Source: Rebecca billardiae RCC1528 (lineage: Eukaryota > Protista > Haptophyta). Taken from it: 64,000 nucleotides of DNA. How positions within the stretch are numbered: position 1 is the stretch's first letter; every line of letters starts with the position of its first letter. Below the pieces are notes generated by a model that was not told the DNA's origin, made no database searches, and saw only the letters and a program-made list of their open reading frames with translations. Location of the stretch: positions 31,031-95,030 of the forward strand of contig OZ260671.1 in assembly GCA_965240325.2 (NCBI GenBank). Reading direction: 5' to 3'. Of this stretch, positions 57,687 through 64,000 are shown piece by piece. The position numbers and the translations under genes were made by a program.

Positions 57687-59579
57687 TTATTTTGTTTCTG
57701 TAAAATCTGCGTCGATTACATCATCGTTTCCGCTATTTCCACCACCCTCGTTTTCAGGTGGTTGTGCTTGAGCTTTTGCATAAGCTTTCTGGCCTATCTC
57801 CATCATTTGCTTTTGAAGTTTTTCATTTCCTTCTTTGATTTGTTCAAAATCTTCTGATTGGATAGATGCTCTTAATTTTTCGATAGTTTCTTTTATATCT
57901 TTAATAGCAGCTTCGTTTTCAGACTTTACTTCCTCTGGGAAATCATTTAGTTGCTTCTCTACTTGGTAACATGTAGAATCTGCTTCGTTTTTAATACGTA
58001 CTTGCTCTGATTTTTCTTTATCAGAACTCGCATTTTTTTCTGCTTCTTCTACCATGCGTTCTACTTCTTCTTTTGGTAATGTTGAAGCTCCAGTAATAGT
58101 AATACTTTGTTGTTTTGATGTCCCTTTATCCTTCGCAGTTACTGAAAGTATTCCGTTCGCGTCTATGTCAAATGTTACTTCAATTTGCGGTACTCCACGC
58201 GGCGCTGGCATTATGCCATCTAACCTAAATGTTCCCAGACTCTTATTGTCTTTTGCGAACTCGCGTTCACCTTGTAAGACGTGAATTTCAACGTTTGGTT
58301 GGTTATCGACTGCAGTTGAAAATACTTCAGACTTTTTCGTAGGTACTGTTGTATTTCGTGGGATTATTTTTGTTGTAACCCCTCCTAAAGTTTCAACACC
58401 TAGAGATAGAGGAGTAACGTCTAATAGTAAGATATCTTTAACTTCACCAGATAGTACACCAGCTTGAATCGCAGCTCCTACTGCTACTACTTCATCAGGG
58501 TTTACTGTTTCGTTTGGTTCTTTACCTAGAACTTTACTAACTAGATTTTTAATTGCAGGAATACGCGTAGATCCTCCAACTAAAACTACTTCATCGATTT
58601 GATTAGCGTTTAATTTTGCATCTTTAAGCGCATTTTCTACTGGAATACGGCAACGGTCTATTAAATCTGCACAAAGGCTTTCGAATTTTGCAGTCGTTAA
58701 CGTTTGTTCGATGTGTTTCGCTCCGCCTTCAGTTGCAGTAATAAACGGTAGATTTATTTCTGTTTGGCTTAAGTTTGATAATTCAATCTTTGCCTTTTCA
58801 GCAGCCTCTGTTAATCTTTGTAGAGCTTGGCTGTCATTTCTTAAATTATAATTCTCTGTTTTCTCAAATTCACTAATTAGCCAGCTTACGATTTTCTCAT
58901 CAAAATCATCACCACCTAATCTTGTGTCACCTGAAGTTGATAATACTTCAAAGACACCATCACCTACTTCTAGTACAGATACGTCAAAAGTACCACCACC
59001 TAAGTCAAAGACTAAGATTGTTTCATTATTTTTCTTATCTAATCCATAAGATAATGAAGCGGCTGTTGGCTCGTTGATAATACGCAGTACGTCTAAACCA
59101 GCAATTTTCCCAGCATCTTTAGTCGCTTGTCTTTGTGAATCATTAAAGTAAGCAGGCACCGTAATTACTGCTTGGTCAACTTTTTCTCCTAAATATTTAT
59201 TTGCATCATTTACTAATTTTCTTAGTACTTGTGCCGATATCTCCTCAGAAGCAAAGCTTTTATTTAAAATAGGGCATTGTAACCTTATTTTTCCGTTCGA
59301 CTCTTCTACTTTGTAAGATGTTTGCTTTAATTCATCCTCAACCTCAGAAGCTTCTCTCCCGATAAATCTTTTAACTGAATAAAAAGTATTCTCGGGGTTT
59401 ATTACAGCTTGTCGCTTTGCTATTTGTCCTACTAGTAAATCACCATTTTTAGCGTAAGCTACTACTGACGGAGTTGTTCTACCTCCTTCTGCGTTTGTGA
59501 TTACTGTAGGTTTCCCACCTTCCATTACGGCAACAACTGAGTTTGTTGTACCTAAGTCAATTCCAACAACTTTTCCCAT
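57687..59579 (-). CDS. dnaK: Hsp70 chaperone
   Basis: [27 protein letters not shown]. Confidence 0.99.
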   Translation of the reverse strand: MGKVVGIDLGTTNSVVAVMEGGKPTVITNAEGGRTTPSVVAYAKNGDLLVGQIAKRQAVINPENTFYSVKRFIGREASEVEDELKQTSYKVEESNGKIRLQCPILNKSFASEEISAQVLRKLVNDANKYLGEKVDQAVITVPAYFNDSQRQATKDAGKIAGLDVLRIINEPTAASLSYGLDKKNNETILVFDLGGGTFDVSVLEVGDGVFEVLSTSGDTRLGGDDFDEKIVSWLISEFEKTENYNLRNDSQALQRLTEAAEKAKIELSNLSQTEINLPFITATEGGAKHIEQTLTTAKFESLCADLIDRCRIPVENALKDAKLNANQIDEVVLVGGSTRIPAIKNLVSKVLGKEPNETVNPDEVVAVGAAIQAGVLSGEVKDILLLDVTPLSLGVETLGGVTTKIIPRNTTVPTKKSEVFSTAVDNQPNVEIHVLQGEREFAKDNKSLGTFRLDGIMPAPRGVPQIEVTFDIDANGILSVTAKDKGTSKQQSITITGASTLPKEEVERMVEEAEKNASSDKEKSEQVRIKNEADSTCYQVEKQLNDFPEEVKSENEAAIKDIKETIEKLRASIQSEDFEQIKEGNEKLQKQMMEIGQKAYAKAQAQPPENEGGGNSGNDDVIDADFTETK

Positions 59580-59737
59580 AATATATCACCTTAATCTACA
59601 TAAAATAATTTTATATTTATTAACATTAATGATATATAATTCTAGGCTCTATTTAAGGGTGTATTTTCCGAACTTGTTTAAGTTAGGTTAATTTTAAATT
59701 TGCTATTTTTTTCTTTATAAGCTAATATATATTTATA

Positions 59738-59810
59738 GCCGGGATAGCTCAGTTGGTAGAGCAGTGGATTGAAAATCCTCGTGTCAGCAGTTCAAATCTG
59801 CTTCCTGGCA
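59738..59810 (+). tRNA. trnF: tRNA-Phe(GAA)
   Basis: GCCGGGA/TCCTGGC acceptor; TTGAAAA loop. Confidence 0.97.
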
Positions 59811-59853
59811 ATTTTTTAAAGCTTTTTTTTTATTTGTCCATCATAAAAAATCT

Positions 59854-59896
59854 AAAAAAAGAAGCAATGGTTTTTACCATTGCTTCTTTTTTTTTT
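59854..59896. terminator. Bidirectional hairpin between trnF and psaB
   Basis: AAAAAAAGAAGCAATGGT-tttt-ACCATTGCTTCTTTTTTT. Confidence 0.9.
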
Positions 59897-59899
59897 AAT

Positions 59900-62104
59900 T
59901 TAACCGAACTTTCCAGTAGTTGATGCAATTACAAATGCTGCGTAAGTTAAGATATAACCTACAGAGAAGTGTACTAGTCCAACTAAACGAGCTTGCACAA
60001 TAGATAGTGCTACTGGCTTGTCTTTCCATTTAACTAGGTTAGCAATCGGCGTACGCTCGTGAGCCCATGTAATAGTCTCAATAAGCTCTTGCCAATAACC
60101 ACGCCAAGAAATTAAGAACATAAATCCAGTTGCCCAGATAAGGTGTCCGAATAAGAACATCCATGCCCATACAGATAAGTTGTTTACACCGTAAGGGTTG
60201 TAACCGTTAATTAGTGGTGAAGAGTTTAACCACAGGTAATCTCTTAACCATCCCATTAAGTGAGTTGATGATTCGTTAAATTGCGTAGTGTTTCCTTGCC
60301 AAAGCGTAATGTGCTTCCAGTGCCAGTAGAATGTTACCCATCCTATTGTGTTTAGCATCCAGAATACTGCAAGATAGAAGGCATCCCATGGTGAAATATC
60401 ACATGTTCCTCCACGACCTGGTCCATCACAAGGGAAGCTGTAACCGAAGTCTTTCTTATCTGGCATTAACTTAGATCCACGTGCATCTAGAGCACCTTTC
60501 ACAAGAATTAATGTTGTTGTGTGTAGAGCTAGAGCAATTGCGTGGTGTACTAAGAAGTCACCAGGGCCAATTTTTAAGAATAGTGAAGTTTTTCCACTAT
60601 TTAGCGCTTCTAGCCAGTTAGGTAGCCAAATCTCGCTACTTGCTGCTGTTGCAACACTGCTTGGAGATGATAGTAGTACATCAAAACCATAAGCCGCTTT
60701 ACCAGAAGCAGCTTGAATCCACTGTGCAAAAACTGGCTCTACTAGGATTTGCTTTTCTGGTGTACCAAAAGCCATCATTGTATCGTTGTGAATGTATAGA
60801 CCTAATGTGTGGAAACCTAGGAATAAACTTACCCAACTTAAGTGTGAAATAATAGCTTCTTTGTGCTCAAGCATTCTTGCTAGAACGTTATCTTTGTTTA
60901 ATTCCGGATCGTAATCACGAACAAAGAAGATAGCTCCGTGTGCAAAAGCTCCTACCATTAAAAATCCTGCGATATATTGGTGGTGAGTGTAAAGAGCTGC
61001 TTGTGTCACAAAGTCTTTAGCCATGAAAGCATAAGCTGGTAATGCGTACATGTGTTGTGCTACTAGAGAAGTTGCTACACCTAGACAAGCAAGAGCCAGT
61101 CCTAGTTGCATGTGTAGAGACTCTGTAATTGTTTCAAATAGACCAACGTGACCATTACCTAGACGACCTGATGGTGGTCTGTGTGCTTCAAGGATCTCTT
61201 TCATTGAGTGACCGATACCCCAGTTACTACGGTACATGTGGCCAGCTAGAATAAATACTACAGCAATTGCTAAATGGTGGTGGGCAATGTCTGTAAGCCA
61301 CATAGACTGAGTTTGTGGATGGAAACCACCTAAGAAAGTTAGAATGGCTGTACCTGATCCCTCAGGTGTGTTGAAAATGTGTTGTAAACTATCTGGGTTT
61401 TGGCTGTAAGCACTCCAGTTACCTGAGAAGAATGGCTTTAAACCCTCTGGGTGTGGTAGTACTGATAGGAAGTTACCCCAGTTTACATCTTGTCCACGCG
61501 ATTCTGGAATCGCTACGTGAACTAAGTGACCTGACCAAGCTAATGAACTTACGCCGAAAAGACCAGAAAGGTGGTGGTTTAGACGAGATTCATTATTTTT
61601 AAACCAAGCAAGAGCCGGTGTAAATCTTGGTTGTAGGTGTAACCAACCTGCAAAAAGGAATACTGAAGCTAGTACTAATAGGAAGATTGCCCCAGTGTAT
61701 AGTTCTACATTAGTTCGCATTCCTATTGTGTACCACCAGTGGTATACACCTGATGTTGCTAAATCCACAGGATAAGGTGCTGCAGACTTAGTAAAAGCCT
61801 TCACTGCCGCTTGTCCAAAGTGCGGATCCCAAATAGCGTGAGCTACAGGTTTTACTTTAAGAGGATCCTGGATCCATTGTTCGAAGTTACCTTGCCAAGC
61901 TACGTGGAATAAGTGACCAGAAGCCCATAAGAAAATCACAGCAAGGTGACCAAAGTGTGATGAAAATATTTTTTGATACAGAACTTCTTCTGTCATACCG
62001 TCATGACTTTCGAAATCGTGTGCTGTAGCAATACCATACCAAATACGTCTTGTGGCAGGATCTTGTGCTAAAGCTTGACTAAACTTAGGAAATTTTGTCG
62101 CCAT
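59900..62104 (-). CDS. psaB: Photosystem I P700 apoprotein A2
   Basis: [28 protein letters not shown]. Confidence 0.99.
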   Translation of the reverse strand: MATKFPKFSQALAQDPATRRIWYGIATAHDFESHDGMTEEVLYQKIFSSHFGHLAVIFLWASGHLFHVAWQGNFEQWIQDPLKVKPVAHAIWDPHFGQAAVKAFTKSAAPYPVDLATSGVYHWWYTIGMRTNVELYTGAIFLLVLASVFLFAGWLHLQPRFTPALAWFKNNESRLNHHLSGLFGVSSLAWSGHLVHVAIPESRGQDVNWGNFLSVLPHPEGLKPFFSGNWSAYSQNPDSLQHIFNTPEGSGTAILTFLGGFHPQTQSMWLTDIAHHHLAIAVVFILAGHMYRSNWGIGHSMKEILEAHRPPSGRLGNGHVGLFETITESLHMQLGLALACLGVATSLVAQHMYALPAYAFMAKDFVTQAALYTHHQYIAGFLMVGAFAHGAIFFVRDYDPELNKDNVLARMLEHKEAIISHLSWVSLFLGFHTLGLYIHNDTMMAFGTPEKQILVEPVFAQWIQAASGKAAYGFDVLLSSPSSVATAASSEIWLPNWLEALNSGKTSLFLKIGPGDFLVHHAIALALHTTTLILVKGALDARGSKLMPDKKDFGYSFPCDGPGRGGTCDISPWDAFYLAVFWMLNTIGWVTFYWHWKHITLWQGNTTQFNESSTHLMGWLRDYLWLNSSPLINGYNPYGVNNLSVWAWMFLFGHLIWATGFMFLISWRGYWQELIETITWAHERTPIANLVKWKDKPVALSIVQARLVGLVHFSVGYILTYAAFVIASTTGKFG

Positions 62105-62169
62105 AGATTAATTTTTTTTTGTAAAAATACTTCTTATTTCAGTTTTTATTTACAGTCTTTAATATAGTA

Positions 62170-64000
62170 TTAGCCTACTGAGATGATTCTTGCTTCGAAG
62201 AATGCCCAAGTTGTACCAATACCTCCTAGAAGGTAGTGAGCTAATCCTACTGCACGTCCTTGAGTAATACTTAGTGCACGAGGCTGAATTGATGGAGCTA
62301 GCTTAAGCTTGTTGTGAGCCCAAACAACTGATTCAATAAGCTCTTGCCAGTATCCTCGACCACTGAATAAGAACATTAAACTAAACGCCCAAATAAAGTG
62401 TGCACCTAAGAATATTAGTCCGTAAGCTGATAAAGCTGATCCGTAAGATTGGATAACTTGTGAAGCTTGCGCCCATAAGAAATCACGTAGCCAACCATTA
62501 ATAGTAATAGATGAGTTTGTGAAGTTTCCTCCAGTAATGTGTGAAACTGCTCCGTCTTCTGAAACACTACCCCAAACATCCGACTGCATTTTCCAGCTGA
62601 AGTGGAAGATTACTACAGAAATTGAGTTGTACATCCAGAAAAGCCCAAGGAATACGTGGTCCCAAGCAGAAACTTGACATGTTCCTCCGCGCCCTGGTCC
62701 ATCACAAGGGAAACGGAAACCTAGGTTTGCTTTATCTGGAATTAGTCTTGAACTACGTGCAAATAAAGTACCTTTAAGAAGAATTAGTACTGTTACGTGA
62801 ATTGTAAATGCGTGAATATGGTGTACCATGAAGTCCGCAGTACCTAAGTAAATAGGCATCATAGCTACTTTTCCATTTACACTAACAACATCACCACCAA
62901 AAGCGTAACTTGTAGTTGCTAGAGCGTTTGGTGCAGTTCCTTGGTTAGCAATAGTGTGTAAACTTTGAACCCATTTAGCAAAAATTGGCTCTAGCTTAAT
63001 TGCTGAATCAGAGAACATGTCCTTAGATCTACCTAATGCACGCATAGTATCGTTGTGGATGTATAGACCAAAACTGTGCATACCTAAGAAGATACAAACC
63101 CAGTTTAAGTGAGAAATAATTGATTCTCTGTGTCTTAGTACACGATCTAGTAGGTTGTTGTATGACTGTGTTGGGTCATAGTCACGTACCATAAAGATAG
63201 ATGCGTGAGCACCAGCACCTACAACACAGAAACCACCAATCCACATGTGGTGAGTGAACATCGATAGTTGTGTTGCGTAATCTGTAGCTAGGTAAGGGTA
63301 AGGTGGCATTGCATACATGTGGTGTGCAACGATAATACTTAGTGACCCCATCATAGCTAGGTTAATAGCTAGTTGAGCATGCCAAGAAGTTGTTAAGATC
63401 TCATAGAGACCTTTGTGACCTTCACCTGTAAAAGGCCCTTTGTGTCCTTCTAAAATTTCTTTTAGTGAGTGACCAATGCCCCAGTTTGTACGATACATGT
63501 GACCAGCAATGATGAATAAACATGCAATTGCTAAGTGGTGGTGTGCAGTATCGCTTAACCAAAGTCCACCAGTTACCGGGTTTAAACCAGATTTAAATGT
63601 TAGGAAATCTGAATAAGCTCCCCATTCAAGCGTAAAGAAAGGAATCAGACCTTGCTTAAAGCTTGGGTATAGCTGGTTCATTAGTTCGTGGTTCGAAATA
63701 AACTCGTAAGCACGAGGTAGTTCTTGTGGTGAAATACCTGCATCTAAAAGTTTATTGATCGGTAGCGCAATGTGAATCTGGTGACCCGCCCACGCAAGAG
63801 AACCTAAACCTAAAAGTCCTGATAAGTGGTGGTTTAACATTGATTCAACGTTTTGGAACCATTCTAGCTTTGGTGCAGATTTGTGGTAGTGGAACCATCC
63901 AGCAAATAGCATTAAAGCTGACATAAATAATCCGCCGATAGCTGTCCAGTAAAGTTCAACTTCGTTTGTAATACCAGCACCGCGCCAAATTTGGAAGAAT
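62170..64000 (-). CDS. psaA: Photosystem I P700 apoprotein A1, 5'-partial (continues past the window end)
   Basis: [19 protein letters not shown]; frame open to window end ([14 protein letters not shown]). Confidence 0.99.
   Translation of the reverse strand, partial: FFQIWRGAGITNEVELYWTAIGGLFMSALMLFAGWFHYHKSAPKLEWFQNVESMLNHHLSGLLGLGSLAWAGHQIHIALPINKLLDAGISPQELPRAYEFISNHELMNQLYPSFKQGLIPFFTLEWGAYSDFLTFKSGLNPVTGGLWLSDTAHHHLAIACLFIIAGHMYRTNWGIGHSLKEILEGHKGPFTGEGHKGLYEILTTSWHAQLAINLAMMGSLSIIVAHHMYAMPPYPYLATDYATQLSMFTHHMWIGGFCVVGAGAHASIFMVRDYDPTQSYNNLLDRVLRHRESIISHLNWVCIFLGMHSFGLYIHNDTMRALGRSKDMFSDSAIKLEPIFAKWVQSLHTIANQGTAPNALATTSYAFGGDVVSVNGKVAMMPIYLGTADFMVHHIHAFTIHVTVLILLKGTLFARSSRLIPDKANLGFRFPCDGPGRGGTCQVSAWDHVFLGLFWMYNSISVVIFHFSWKMQSDVWGSVSEDGAVSHITGGNFTNSSITINGWLRDFLWAQASQVIQSYGSALSAYGLIFLGAHFIWAFSLMFLFSGRGYWQELIESVVWAHNKLKLAPSIQPRALSITQGRAVGLAHYLLGGIGTTWAFFEARIISVG

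Overview
This window is about 64 kb of a compact, AT-rich, intron-free red-lineage (chlorophyll-c type) plastid genome, running from mid-rpoB to mid-psaA. It holds about 70 protein genes, 16 tRNAs and one rRNA operon on the minus strand (16S-trnI-trnA-23S-5S). It encodes form ID Rubisco (rbcL+rbcS), cbbX, groEL, dnaK, clpC, tatC and psbV, and has rps10 after tufA. It carries the horizontally acquired non-cyanobacterial rpl36 known from haptophyte and cryptophyte plastids, plus haptophyte-like gaps in the ribosomal protein operon (no rpl4, rpl29, rpl24, rpl18 or rpl13 in place). It also retains rpoZ and ycf66 and has odd substitutions in core proteins, so it may be a deep-branching haptophyte-related plastid (inference). 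No mobile elements, CRISPR arrays or introns were seen. The most unusual observations are: (1) a 52-nt tRNA-like element with only one arm between acceptor stem and T-arm, directly after cbbX; (2) 16S rRNA remodelling (helix 8 truncated, helix 14 loop UACG to UUCG giving a 341F primer mismatch, shortened helix 44 tip); (3) a very divergent 5S rRNA; (4) a ribosomal superoperon split at secY with a C-terminally truncated rps5; (5) a structured leader upstream of rpl3; (6) an origin-like AT/TA tract with an orphan sigma70 promoter near an AT-skew switch; (7) a degenerate OmpR/RpaB-like regulator. All identifications are by recognition of sequence motifs; no database search was run.
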